A stretch of 64,000 nt of DNA, taken from positions 6,017 through 70,016 of the forward strand of contig CAYYNT010000001.1 in assembly GCA_964473155.1 (NCBI GenBank), read 5' to 3'. The stretch is from an uncultured Gemmatimonadales bacterium. GTDB taxonomy: Bacteria; Gemmatimonadota; Glassbacteria; GWA2-58-10. Position 1 is the stretch's first letter; each line of letters starts with the position of its first letter. A program made the translations under genes and the position numbers. Under the pieces are notes generated by a model. The model saw nothing but the letters and a program-made list of their open reading frames with translations. It ran no database searches and was not told where the DNA came from. Positions 1 to 10,078 of this stretch are shown here, one piece after another.

Positions 1-167
1 CAACCTTTGTGTCCGCCACTATCGAGGAGATTACCGCTACGCTTCAATGACCGTATGGCAGCGGGAAATGTACAGGGCATCCTTCCCCGAATCCGTAAGA
101 CAGGTTGAGCAGGGTTTGGCAAGCTGGTGGTAAGGTCGAACGTTTGACCACCGGTCAACCTTGCCAC

Positions 168-216
168 AAACAAAAGAAAAGGGCACGTAATTGCTTACGC
201 ACCCTTTATCTATTAA
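168..216 (-). terminator. Rho-independent terminator downstream of tRNA-Asp
   Basis: On the minus strand, AAGGGTGCGTAAgcaaTTACGTGCCCTT forms a hairpin with two G-U wobble pairs, followed by TTTCTTTTGTTTG. Confidence 0.5.
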
Positions 217-293
<77 letters not shown>

Positions 294-381
294 GCGTTTG
301 CAACCGATACAAGCTATTCTAATTTAATACAATCAGCCCTGTTGTCAACACTATTCGCCTGAATGAACATCCAGGAGGCTG

Positions 382-1818
382 TCAAGGCAAAGACGTGCTC
401 CCCATGAGCCAGCGGTCGATACCCTGGGCGGCCTTGCGGCCGTGATAGATCGCCCGGACCACCAGCGAGGCCCCCATCGCCATGTCACCGGCGCTGAACA
501 CTCCCGGGCGGCTGGTCATCAGGTTCTCATCCACGGCCACATTACCACGCCTGTCCAGATTCAACCCAAGCTCTTCTATCATCCCGGCGTGCACAGGATG
601 GACAAAGCCCATCGCCAGAAGAACCAGATCGGCATCCAGAGAGAATTCCCCACCCGGCTTGTCGATCGGCCGGAAAGCACCTGCCTCGCCGCCCCAGGTG
701 ACTTCCGTCGCATTTATCCTTTTCACTTTCCCGTCCTCGCCCTCAAACGACCTCGTAGTCACCGACCACATACGGCGGCAGCCCTCGGCATGCGAGGTGC
801 TGGATCGCAGAATATTCGGCCAGCGCGGCCAGGGAGTCTCGGGATTGGTCCTCTCCGGCGGTCTGGGCATGATCTCGAGCTGGGTGACGGACAGGGCGCC
901 CTGACGGTTGGCGGTCCCGACACAGTCCGCTCCGGTGTCTCCGCCGCCAATCACCACCACATTCCTGCCCGTGGCCAGGATCAGGGACCCCGGGTCAAGT
1001 CTGTCACCAGCCACCCGCCGGTTGGACTGCTCGAGGTATGTCATGGCGAAATGGATGCCACCCAGTTCCCGCCCCGGTACGTCCAGGTCACGCGGATGCA
1101 TCGCCCCGCCAGTCAGGCAGACAGCATCGTATTTTTTAGTCAGGTATGAAGCCGCTATGTCGCTGCCAATTTGCACACTGGAGCGGAAATCAATGCCCTC
1201 GGCCTCCAGAATATGCAGGCGGCGGTCCAGGATAACCTTGTCCAGCTTGAAATCTGGAATTCCATAACGGAGCAGACCGCCGATCCGGTCCTTCTGCTCG
1301 TAGACAACCACTTTATGCCCTGCCCGGTTAAGCTGCTGCGCGCAGGCAAGTCCTGATGGCCCGCTGCCAACAACCGCCACCCTCTTGCCCGTGCGGGTTT
1401 CCGGCGGCTGTGGCTTAATCCAGCCCTGCTCAAATCCCTTCTCGATTATCTGAAGTTCTATCTGCTTGATCGCGACAGCCTCGGTATTGACCGCCGCAAC
1501 ACAAGCGGTCTCACAGGGTGCCGGACAGATCTTTCCGGTGAACTCGGGGAAATTGTTCGTGCTGTGCAGCACTTCCAGGGCCTCGCGCCACTGCCCCCGG
1601 TAAACCAGGTCGTTGAACTCTGGGATAAGGTTGCGCACCGGGCATCCTGCTCCATGGCAGAACGGAATGCCGCATTCCATGCAACGGGCGGCCTGCTCGG
1701 TAAGCTCGTTCTCCGGAAGGAGAGGGTATATCTCCATGTAATCCTTGAGTCGCTCATCCACCGGACGCGCTTTAGGATTGATCCGCCTGTAATCGATGAA
1801 TCCGGTGGGTTTACCCAT
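382..1818 (-). CDS. gltD: Glutamate synthase (NADPH) small subunit
   Basis: 478 aa. N-terminal Cys-rich 4Fe-4S region (CMECGIPFCH... CPAPCE) followed by an FAD/NAD(P) Rossmann fold (VAVVGSGPSG); typical GltD architecture. Overlaps the gltB stop by 8 nt. Confidence 0.9.
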   Translation of the reverse strand: MGKPTGFIDYRRINPKARPVDERLKDYMEIYPLLPENELTEQAARCMECGIPFCHGAGCPVRNLIPEFNDLVYRGQWREALEVLHSTNNFPEFTGKICPAPCETACVAAVNTEAVAIKQIELQIIEKGFEQGWIKPQPPETRTGKRVAVVGSGPSGLACAQQLNRAGHKVVVYEQKDRIGGLLRYGIPDFKLDKVILDRRLHILEAEGIDFRSSVQIGSDIAASYLTKKYDAVCLTGGAMHPRDLDVPGRELGGIHFAMTYLEQSNRRVAGDRLDPGSLILATGRNVVVIGGGDTGADCVGTANRQGALSVTQLEIMPRPPERTNPETPWPRWPNILRSSTSHAEGCRRMWSVTTRSFEGEDGKVKRINATEVTWGGEAGAFRPIDKPGGEFSLDADLVLLAMGFVHPVHAGMIEELGLNLDRRGNVAVDENLMTSRPGVFSAGDMAMGASLVVRAIYHGRKAAQGIDRWLMGSTSLP

Positions 1819-4800
1819 TCCATACCTCCACCCGCTTTATTTCAGCATCTTCCTTGATCATGCGTCCAAGAGCGCGACGGTATTCCATCGGCATCACCTT
1901 GATGAACTGGTGGATCTTGTCATGCCAGTTATCCAGAATGCTGCGGCCCAGGCGGCTTCCGGTATAACGGACATGCTGCTCGATCATCCGGTTGAGCAGC
2001 GCCCGGTCCTCCTCATCGGCCACGGATTCGAGATCAACCGTGTCCAGATTGCAGCGCTGGTCGAACAGGCGTTGTTCATCGAAAACGAAAGCTATCCCGC
2101 CACTCATTCCGGCCGCGAAATTAAGACCGGTGTTTCCGAGGACCACCACCACACCTCCGGTCATGTATTCGCAGCCGTGGTCTCCCACCCCCTCCACCAC
2201 AGCATACGCCCCGCTGTTACGGATAGCGAATCGCTCACCGGCCCGGCCGCAGAAATAAACCCACCCACCTGTAGCTCCGTAGAGCACGACGTTGCCGACA
2301 ATTATATTCTCCTCGGCCCGGAAAGCGGACCCCTCCGGGGGATGGATCACTATCCTTCCTCCGCTCATGCCTTTGCCCACGTAATCGTTGGCATCGCCGG
2401 CCAGGTGCAGAGCCACTCCATTGGCCAGGAAGGCCCCGAAACTCTGTCCCGCCGAGCCGGACAGCTCAACGCGGATAGTATCCGGCGGCAGGCCGATAGA
2501 ACCGTAGCGCCTGGAAATCTCACCGCTGAGCAACGTGCCCACCGCGCGATTGACATTGCGGATACAGTTGCGGATAGTCACTTTTTCGCGTTGCTGAAGA
2601 GCCGGCCTGGCCTTCTCGATCAACTCCCGGTCAAGAGCGCCCTCGAGGATATCCGGTTGACTGAGAGAACTGCGCAAAGAGCAGCCGTCAGATGAATCCG
2701 GCGGAATAAGCAATCGCTTGAGGTCCACTCCGGCGGCTTTCCAGTGCCTGATCGCCGTGCCGGTGGCAAGCATGTCCATCTGTCCCACCATGTCATCAAA
2801 CCGCCGGAAACCCAAATCGGCCATGTATTCCCGCACTTCCATGGCAATGAAGCGGAAAAAGTTTTCCAGATACTCCGGCTTGCCCTCATACTTCTCGCGA
2901 AGCCGCGAATCCTGAGTGGCGATACCCATCGGGCAGGTATTGAGGTGACACTTGCGCATCATCACGCAACCCAGCACCACCAGGCACGAGGTGGCAAATC
3001 CGAACTCCTCGGCGCCGAGGAGCGCGGCCACGACAACATCCCGGCCGCTTTTAAGCTGCCCGTCTGTCTGAACACGGATGCGGCTGCGCAGATTGTTCAT
3101 CACCAGCACCTGCTGGGTTTCGGCCAGCCCGATCTCCCAGGGGATGCCGGCGTGCTTGATCGAACTGAGCGGCGAAGCCCCGGTGCCTCCAGAATCCCCG
3201 GCGATAACCACGACATCGGCCCTGGCCTTGGCCACTCCCGCCGCCACCGTCCCCACTCCTACCTCGGCCACCAGCTTCACCGAGACACGAGCGCGCGGGT
3301 TGGCGTTTTTCAAGTCGTAAATCAACTGCGCCAGGTCCTCGATGGAGTAGATGTCATGATGCGGCGGTGGAGATATCAGAGTTACTCCCGGCACGCTGTG
3401 ACGGACCCGGGCGATATTATCATCCACCTTGAAACCGGGGAGTTGACCACCCTCACCGGGCTTGGACCCCTGCGAAATTTTGATCTGCATGTCGCGGGCA
3501 TTCGACAGGTAGTAGCTTGTCACACCGAACCGCCCCGAAGCCACCTGCTTTATCGCGCTGCTACGGCTGTCGCCGTTGGGCAGCGGCTTGAAACGCTCCT
3601 CATCCTCACCGCCCTCGCCGCTGTTGCTCATGCCGCCCAGACGGTTCATGGCGACAGCGATAGTTTCATGCACCTCGCGGCTGATCGAACCGAAACTCAT
3701 GGCCCCTGAAACAAACCGCCGCACTATGTTCTCCACCGGCTCTACCTCGTCCAGCGGCACGGGCTGACCTTTCTTGAAATCGAACAGGCTCCGAAGGTTC
3801 TGCAGCTTGCGTTCCCTGTCATTGGTCAGCCTGGAGAAATCCCTGTACATCCCGTAATCTCCCCTACGAGTGGCCTGCTGTAGCAGGAAGATAGTTTCGG
3901 GATTCCACATGTGGTGCTCGCCATCCAGACGGAAGTTATACTCTCCGGAGCGAACATGCATCTGAGTAGCGCTGTTACGGCGGTTGAAAGCATAGCGGTG
4001 ACGGCTCAGCACCTCCTCGATGATGCCTTCCAGCCGGATTCCGCCGATACGCGAAGCCGTACCGGGAAAGAAACTGGAGATGACATCCTCATGGATCCCC
4101 ACCGCCTCGAACATCTGCGCGCCCCTGTAGCTGCGCACGGTGGAAATGCCCATTTTGGAGAAAATCTTGAGCAGGCCTTTCTCGATGGCCTTGATATAAT
4201 GGTCAACCGCATCCTGTACGGTAGTGCCGGACTTAAGCTTGCCGCTTATCGCCATGTCGGCGACAGTCTCGAAAGCCAGGTGCGGGATGATCGCGCTGGC
4301 GCCGAATGCCAGTAGCATTGCGAAGTGAGTGACCTCGCGCGCCTCGCCGGTTTCGATCACCAGGCCGATCTTCGTGCGCAAACCCACCCGGATAAGGTGA
4401 TGATGCACCGCCGAAACCGCCAGCAGGCTTGGCACTGCCGCCCGGTCCGGCCCGATCCCCCGGTCGCTCAGAACTATCAGCGCGTAACCATCCGTCACGG
4501 CTTTCTCCGCCTCGGCATAACATTTCTCCAGTGTGTCCTTAAAGCCCTCGACTCCGAGCGCGGCATCAAACAGGATCGATATAGTGCGGGTGCGGAAATT
4601 CTCGTCCTGGTTGCCCTTGAGCTTGTCCAGGTCATCATTTGTCAGGATCGGGCGGCTCAATTTGAGCAGGTGGGCGTTGCGGGGGGTTTCGTTCAGAAGG
4701 TTGGCCTCCCGGCCGATATAGCTCATCAGCGACATCACCAGTTGCTCCCGGATCGGGTCGATAGCCGGGTTGGTCACCTGAGCGAAAAGCTGCTTGAAAT

Positions 4801-6445
4801 AGCTGAACAGCAGCTTGGGCTGATCGCTCAACACCGCCAGCGGGGTATCGTTCCCCATCGAGCCTACCGGCTCGCCGCCTGTCTCGGCCATCGGGCGCAG
4901 AATGACGTTCAGGTCCTCATCCGTGTAGCCGAACGCCATCTGACGGCTGGTCAGCGTCTCCCGCTCCGGGCGCACCGGCATGGCGCAGTCGAAAAGCCCG
5001 CGCAATTCGATCCTGTTTTCCTGCACCCAGCGCCGGTAGGGCTGGAGACGGCTGATGACCGCCTTGATCTCAGGGTCGTACATAATACGTTTCTGCACCG
5101 TGTCCACAATCAGCATCTGCCCCGGCCCGATACGACCCTTACTCCGTATCTTCTCCGGCGGGAATTCCAGCACGCCCACCTCGCTGGCCATCACGATCCG
5201 GTCATCGGTAGTGATTATATAGCGCGCCGGACGCAATCCGTTACGGTCCAGACAGCCCCCGATTATACGGCCATCCGTGAAAGCGATCGCCGCCGGCCCG
5301 TCCCACGGCTCCATCAGGATGCTGTGATATTCATAAAAACCGCGCTTGTCCTGGCTCATCTGGTATTTTTCGCCCCAGGCCTCCGGGATAAGCATCATCA
5401 TGGAATGCGGGAGCGAGCGGCCACAGTTGGTGAGCATCTCCACCATATTATCCAGGGCCATCGAATCACTGCCGCCGGGGATGATAACCGGGCGCAGCTT
5501 GCGGATATCGTCACCGTAAAGCGGGCTTTCTATCGTAGCCTCTCGGGCGCGCATCCAGTTGATGTTGCCGCGGAGGGTGTTGATTTCGCCGTTGTGCGCC
5601 AGAAAACGGAACGGCTGAGCCAGCTCCCAGCTTGGAAATGTATTGGTGCTGTACCTCTGGTGCACCAGCGCCAGGGAACTGATAAGGTCCGGATCGTTCA
5701 ATTCCTCGTAAAACAGCGGCACCTGATGAGCCAGCATAAGGCCCTTGTAGACTATTGTACGGGAGGAAAAACTCGGCAGGTGAAAACGGATTGGACGGTC
5801 ACCGGCCCACTCGCGGACGCGATTCTCGGCGATCTTGCGCGCGAGGTAGAGGCGGCGCTCGAAGGCATCCGGCGCTCCGATAGGATCGCTTACAAAAGCC
5901 TGACGGACAAACGGCTGGCTGGCCTTTGCGCCGCGTCCAAGAGATTTCTGATTCACCGGTACGTCCCGCCAGCCGATAAATTTTACTCCAGCCTCCTCGA
6001 CAGCCTGCTCCAGAGTTTTCTCGCAGAAAGAACGGTCCTTTTCTTCCATGGGAAGAAATACCATGCCTACAGCATACTTACCGTTCTCCGGCAGTTCGAG
6101 CCCAGCCCCGGAAGCCACCCGGCGGAAAAAAGGATCGCAGACCTGGATCATGATCCCGGCGCCATCGCCTGTCTCAGGATCATCCGCCACCGCGCCGCGA
6201 TGCGTGAGGTTGACCAGAATCTGAATCCCGCTGCGAATGATTTCATGGCTCGGACGGCCGTTGATGTCGGCAATAAAGCCGACTCCACAGCTGTCGTGTT
6301 CGAATGCCGGATCGTAAAGGCCTTGCTGGCGGGTCGTAATACCGGGGTTCATTTGGTTTAATCCTGATCTGGAGTGCCGCCCTGGAAAGGGCCATATATG
6401 AATAAACCGATTCCCATGCCGGCGAACCGGTTTTAGTTGCAGCAT
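1811..6445 (-). CDS. gltB: Glutamate synthase large subunit (ferredoxin/NADPH-dependent GOGAT)
   Basis: 1544 aa. Contains the N-terminal Ntn amidotransferase CGVGF motif, central FMN/Fe-S domains and a C-terminal GXGXG domain. The true start is probably the internal Met at MNPGITTRQQGLYDPAFEHDSCGVGF, about 31 codons into the ORF. Confidence 0.92.
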   Translation of the reverse strand: MLQLKPVRRHGNRFIHIWPFPGRHSRSGLNQMNPGITTRQQGLYDPAFEHDSCGVGFIADINGRPSHEIIRSGIQILVNLTHRGAVADDPETGDGAGIMIQVCDPFFRRVASGAGLELPENGKYAVGMVFLPMEEKDRSFCEKTLEQAVEEAGVKFIGWRDVPVNQKSLGRGAKASQPFVRQAFVSDPIGAPDAFERRLYLARKIAENRVREWAGDRPIRFHLPSFSSRTIVYKGLMLAHQVPLFYEELNDPDLISSLALVHQRYSTNTFPSWELAQPFRFLAHNGEINTLRGNINWMRAREATIESPLYGDDIRKLRPVIIPGGSDSMALDNMVEMLTNCGRSLPHSMMMLIPEAWGEKYQMSQDKRGFYEYHSILMEPWDGPAAIAFTDGRIIGGCLDRNGLRPARYIITTDDRIVMASEVGVLEFPPEKIRSKGRIGPGQMLIVDTVQKRIMYDPEIKAVISRLQPYRRWVQENRIELRGLFDCAMPVRPERETLTSRQMAFGYTDEDLNVILRPMAETGGEPVGSMGNDTPLAVLSDQPKLLFSYFKQLFAQVTNPAIDPIREQLVMSLMSYIGREANLLNETPRNAHLLKLSRPILTNDDLDKLKGNQDENFRTRTISILFDAALGVEGFKDTLEKCYAEAEKAVTDGYALIVLSDRGIGPDRAAVPSLLAVSAVHHHLIRVGLRTKIGLVIETGEAREVTHFAMLLAFGASAIIPHLAFETVADMAISGKLKSGTTVQDAVDHYIKAIEKGLLKIFSKMGISTVRSYRGAQMFEAVGIHEDVISSFFPGTASRIGGIRLEGIIEEVLSRHRYAFNRRNSATQMHVRSGEYNFRLDGEHHMWNPETIFLLQQATRRGDYGMYRDFSRLTNDRERKLQNLRSLFDFKKGQPVPLDEVEPVENIVRRFVSGAMSFGSISREVHETIAVAMNRLGGMSNSGEGGEDEERFKPLPNGDSRSSAIKQVASGRFGVTSYYLSNARDMQIKISQGSKPGEGGQLPGFKVDDNIARVRHSVPGVTLISPPPHHDIYSIEDLAQLIYDLKNANPRARVSVKLVAEVGVGTVAAGVAKARADVVVIAGDSGGTGASPLSSIKHAGIPWEIGLAETQQVLVMNNLRSRIRVQTDGQLKSGRDVVVAALLGAEEFGFATSCLVVLGCVMMRKCHLNTCPMGIATQDSRLREKYEGKPEYLENFFRFIAMEVREYMADLGFRRFDDMVGQMDMLATGTAIRHWKAAGVDLKRLLIPPDSSDGCSLRSSLSQPDILEGALDRELIEKARPALQQREKVTIRNCIRNVNRAVGTLLSGEISRRYGSIGLPPDTIRVELSGSAGQSFGAFLANGVALHLAGDANDYVGKGMSGGRIVIHPPEGSAFRAEENIIVGNVVLYGATGGWVYFCGRAGERFAIRNSGAYAVVEGVGDHGCEYMTGGVVVVLGNTGLNFAAGMSGGIAFVFDEQRLFDQRCNLDTVDLESVADEEDRALLNRMIEQHVRYTGSRLGRSILDNWHDKIHQFIKVMPMEYRRALGRMIKEDAEIKRVEVWNG

Positions 6446-6585
6446 CCGGCGGTGGTGAACCGCGCTGAAAGCGCTATAAAAATAATCGCCAAATGCCTTT
6501 CTGACAAGATTTATCTGGATTCTTCGATTTACTGCCGGACAGGCTTTTCGGCTGACAGACAGAATCGTCTATCGAGATACAATAT

Positions 6586-6630
6586 CCCCCAAAAAAGCCC
6601 GCCGCACCCCTGAGAGGGAGCGGCGGGCCT
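6586..6630 (-). terminator. Rho-independent terminator of the cohesin/dockerin gene
   Basis: On the minus strand, GCCCGCCGCtccctctcaggggtGCGGCGGGC forms a hairpin followed by TTTTTTGGGGG. Confidence 0.7.
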
Positions 6631-6652
6631 GAGAAAAACCGATTGAACCGGC

Positions 6653-7789
6653 TCAGTTGCCAGCCAGCTTCTTGAGCAGCGCCAGCAGGTCGAATACATC
6701 GGTCTTGCCGTTGGCATCTATATCGCTCAACGCGCTGGGCGCTTTGCTCCCGCCCAGGACCTTGAGCAGGTCAAGCAGGTCGAAAACGTCGATCTTACCC
6801 GAACCATCCACATCTCCCGGCACTCCGCCCACTTTTATCACTCCGCCGAGCGCCGAATAAGTGAGCAGCACATCAGCGTTGTTCTCAATCGCCCCGGCCT
6901 CAATATTGGCCAATGTCACCGGGGTCTCGCCATCCGCCACGCCGGCTTTGATCGTGAAAGTGAACTTGTACACTTCGCGGTTAGTCCCGGCTTTCAGCGG
7001 ATTCGTGTCCGGTGTGTCGAAAAAGAAATCCACCATCCAGATACTGAATTTCCCGGCCGCGTTAGCCGCCGCGATTTCAGAATAAGTGTCGAGCGTGTCC
7101 ACACCAGGCGCGTTTGCTCCCCTGGAGATTGATTTCAGAGTCAGTTTGTCTTTGTCATACAATAAATCAAATCCCAGCGCCGTTGCCTGACGATTGACAT
7201 TCGCCATCACCTTGACAGTCACATCGGCTCCGGCAGGCCCTTGAGCATCGGTGACATCCAGCGCGATATCCACGGCCGAGCCAACCGTAACCTCGCCATT
7301 TGCCGTGGTGACTGTCACCGCCGCGCCCGCGGCGTCAGATAGAGAGGCCCCCGTCAGGGTAAGGGGAATACTCCCGCTGACTCCGGTTTTAATTGTGAAA
7401 GTGATCAGAACAACTTCACGGTCTGTGCCTGAGGCTATCGAATTCGCACGGGTGGAATCTATCAACTGGAATTGAAGCTTGCTGCTGTCCGAGCCCACGG
7501 TCTGCTGTCCAGCAGTGGGAACAACAGGATCGGTCATGTGCAGAGCGGCCGCGGCGGCGCCCTTGGCCGCCTGCTTGAAAGTCAGCCTGGCCGGATCGAA
7601 CTGCACCTGGAACTCTGCCCCGGCTATGTTCTTGTCCGAAGTAAGAGTAACCTTGACCGTCACATCCGATCCTGCCGCGCCGGTTGCATTAACCACTTTC
7701 AGACTGCTCTGCGCGAATGCCTGACCGGCGCAGATCAAGGTTGCGGCCAAAATTGCAAATATTCTCGAAAGCTTGCCGTCACCAAACAT
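6653..7789 (-). CDS. Secreted cohesin-like protein with two C-terminal dockerin repeats
   Basis: 378 aa with signal peptide MFGDGKLSRIFAILAATLICAGQAFA. Two tandem beta-rich repeats (SLKVVNATGAAG.../IALDVTDAQGPAG...). The C-terminus carries two calcium-binding dockerin-type segments (DVDGSGKIDVFDLLDLLKVL and DIDANGKTDVFDLLALLKKL). Confidence 0.65.
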   Translation of the reverse strand: MFGDGKLSRIFAILAATLICAGQAFAQSSLKVVNATGAAGSDVTVKVTLTSDKNIAGAEFQVQFDPARLTFKQAAKGAAAAALHMTDPVVPTAGQQTVGSDSSKLQFQLIDSTRANSIASGTDREVVLITFTIKTGVSGSIPLTLTGASLSDAAGAAVTVTTANGEVTVGSAVDIALDVTDAQGPAGADVTVKVMANVNRQATALGFDLLYDKDKLTLKSISRGANAPGVDTLDTYSEIAAANAAGKFSIWMVDFFFDTPDTNPLKAGTNREVYKFTFTIKAGVADGETPVTLANIEAGAIENNADVLLTYSALGGVIKVGGVPGDVDGSGKIDVFDLLDLLKVLGGSKAPSALSDIDANGKTDVFDLLALLKKLAGN

Positions 7790-8044
7790 TATTCACTCCG
7801 ATTTCAGAATAGTTGTAAGATTATCCTGCCGGATATTTTGTATAATTCTATGGGTCAGATGCCTTATTTTAAGGAAAAGGTTATTGGAATACAAGCTTTT
7901 TTTGAAGTTCAAACAGCTTTGAATCTATTTGATTATTATGAGAGTGGCTCTTCATTTCTTAGAATCGCGCTTTTCGGGCTAATCCTATCAACAACTTACA
8001 CCAATATTATCAGGAGGTTCCTGATAAAAAACTGAAAAAGCCGT

Positions 8045-9019
8045 CTACCACTCTCGGACTTCAAGCCCGTGTTCTCCCGGAGCAAGCAAAGATTTTCTAA
8101 AAGCCTTACGATCAACCACCTTTGTTCCTGGAGCCAGAACGCAATCTTCGATCAGGCAACCATCTCCAACATTAACATTATCGCAGAGCACCGAGCGTGC
8201 GACACTCGAGCCACGTCCCACTCGCACGCCGCAGCCCAGATCGGCCAGCGGGCCGATCACGCTGCCCGGCTCCAGCATACAACTGCCGTCGATAACAGAA
8301 CTGTTCCGCGTGTTTATTCCCCGCCGCAGGAATTCAAACGACGCCTCCAGATAGCGCTCCGGCGTTCCCAGGTCCCGCCAGCCGAAAGCGGTATGGAACC
8401 CGTACACCGGCGCGCCTTCGGCTATCAAGGGAACGTATATGTCCCGGATTATGTCCGAGAAAACCGGTCTTACTCGAGACAGCAGCTCCGGCTCGATCAG
8501 GTGGATGCCGCAGAAATGAAGGCTCCTCTCACCCGATATTGCCCCTTCGGGCCGTCCCGCGATACGAACCACCCGTCCGCCTCGATCCACCTCCACCGCG
8601 CCGTAATGTGCATTCTCCGGCATGTCCAGCAAAACTATTGTCGCCAGCGCACCTTTGGCGCGGTGAAACTCCAGGGCCGCTGCCAACGGTATCCCTTCAT
8701 AGCTGCAATCGCCGTTGACCAGCAGGAAAGTCCCGCCGTCAATGAATTCAGCCGCCCGGGCCAGCGCCCCGGCGGTGCCCAGAATCTCATTCTCCGGTGA
8801 ATACAACGGCGTTTCGCCACAGGCGTCGAGGCAGCGGCGCACGTGGTCCGCGCCGTGATGCAGGTTCACAATGAAATCATCCGCTCCGCAGCGCCGCAGT
8901 TCCCTGATGACTCTTACAATTCCCGGCACTCCGGCCAGAGGCAGACAGACCTTGGAATAATACCGGGTCACCGGCAGCATGCGAACGCCGAAACCGGCAG
9001 CCAGAACAAAAGCTTTCAT
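8045..9019 (-). CDS. Sugar-phosphate nucleotidyltransferase with C-terminal left-handed beta-helix (MurU/GlmU-like)
   Basis: 324 aa. The N-terminal MKAFVLAAGFGVRMLP matches the G-rich NTP_transferase signature. The C-terminal hexapeptide-repeat-like region is rich in I/V-G-D. Confidence 0.7.
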   Translation of the reverse strand: MKAFVLAAGFGVRMLPVTRYYSKVCLPLAGVPGIVRVIRELRRCGADDFIVNLHHGADHVRRCLDACGETPLYSPENEILGTAGALARAAEFIDGGTFLLVNGDCSYEGIPLAAALEFHRAKGALATIVLLDMPENAHYGAVEVDRGGRVVRIAGRPEGAISGERSLHFCGIHLIEPELLSRVRPVFSDIIRDIYVPLIAEGAPVYGFHTAFGWRDLGTPERYLEASFEFLRRGINTRNSSVIDGSCMLEPGSVIGPLADLGCGVRVGRGSSVARSVLCDNVNVGDGCLIEDCVLAPGTKVVDRKAFRKSLLAPGEHGLEVREW

Positions 9020-9050
9020 GTGATAACCGGATAGTTGTGGAAGTTAAGGG

Positions 9051-9989
9051 TCATTGCGTCTGTGACGGGCTGTTTTTCTGCTCCCGCAGACCGGCGGTTT
9101 CACGCTTTACCTGGTCCAGTTCTTTCTGCATCTCTTTCAGACGTTCGCTCAGCCTGTCGCGTTCCTGAGCCAGAGCATCGCGCTCCAGCAGCAGCCGGCA
9201 ATACATTTCATTGGTCCTGGATATTTTGACTGTCAGGGCATCCAGCACCATGAACAATTCGAGCGGGCTTTTCCGCGTCATGTTGATAATGTCCCGCTTG
9301 CCGAACACCAGCATTTCACCGTCAGTAAGCGCCCGCACGGTGGCGTTGCGCCGGATGTCGTCGAAAAGCGCGCTCTCGCCCACGATGTCACCCTCGCCAA
9401 GCTCTCCCAGCACCACCCTGCGCTCCCCGGCCTGACGGCTGACCTCGAGGCGGCCTTTCTTTACGATAAAACCGCTGTAGCCGCTGTCCCCCTCTTTCAG
9501 CAATATCTGTCCGGCGCTGAATTTTTTCTGCAGGAACATAACGTCAACAGCATGTTCCCGGACCTGCTGCATCTCGTCCAGAGTGAGGACATATTCAAGC
9601 TGCGGCAGACTTTCGCGTTTCTTTTCGAGTCTGGCATGTTCATATTTTTCGGATGTCTCGCGCAGACGGCGGGCCAGTTTCTGCATCAGGTTGCGCACTC
9701 CCGGAGCAAGTTCTCCCAGATAGCCCTCGAACTCCTCCCGGCTCATTACCGTAACCTTTGTATCCTCGATCGCCCGGACAGAGGCCGTGCGCTTCGGGGC
9801 ATCCGGATCGAGCACGCTCATTTCGCCGAAAAATTCGTTCGGCCCGAGGACCGTAAGCTGCACCTCGCCGCCCTCCACATGCTTAAGCACCTCGACCATG
9901 CCCTTACGGATAACGAACACGGTGCGCCCGCTGTAACCCTCCTTGATTATCACCTCGCCCCTGCGGTAGGTCTTTTCGAGCGGGCTCAT
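9051..9989 (-). CDS. Tandem cyclic-nucleotide-binding (CAP_ED) domain protein with C-terminal coiled coil
   Basis: 312 aa. Two cNMP-binding domains (FGEMSVLD...RTASVRA and GESALFDD...RNATVRA). The C-terminus is a charged coiled coil (ERDALAQERDRLSERLKEMQKELDQVKRE). No HTH domain is evident. Confidence 0.75.
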   Translation of the reverse strand: MSPLEKTYRRGEVIIKEGYSGRTVFVIRKGMVEVLKHVEGGEVQLTVLGPNEFFGEMSVLDPDAPKRTASVRAIEDTKVTVMSREEFEGYLGELAPGVRNLMQKLARRLRETSEKYEHARLEKKRESLPQLEYVLTLDEMQQVREHAVDVMFLQKKFSAGQILLKEGDSGYSGFIVKKGRLEVSRQAGERRVVLGELGEGDIVGESALFDDIRRNATVRALTDGEMLVFGKRDIINMTRKSPLELFMVLDALTVKISRTNEMYCRLLLERDALAQERDRLSERLKEMQKELDQVKRETAGLREQKNSPSQTQ

Positions 9990-10078
9990 CGAACCCCCCT
10001 GTATAATGTCCGTAAAATATCTTTAAATCCCGGAGAAAATAATACCGCAGGAACCTGCGTCATGCAAGCCGCATGATC

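Noticed and set aside
136-165. Inverted repeat TTGACCACCGGTCAA near the window start
   Set aside because: An isolated 15-bp palindrome without an adjacent gene start inside the window. I cannot tell whether it is an operator of a gene outside the window or chance.
7900-7935. Imperfect palindrome AAGCTTTTTTTGAAGTTCAAACAGCTT in the cohesin gene promoter region
   Set aside because: Single occurrence in an AT-rich promoter. It contains GAAGTTC but matches no LexA-box spacing consistently, so it was not called.
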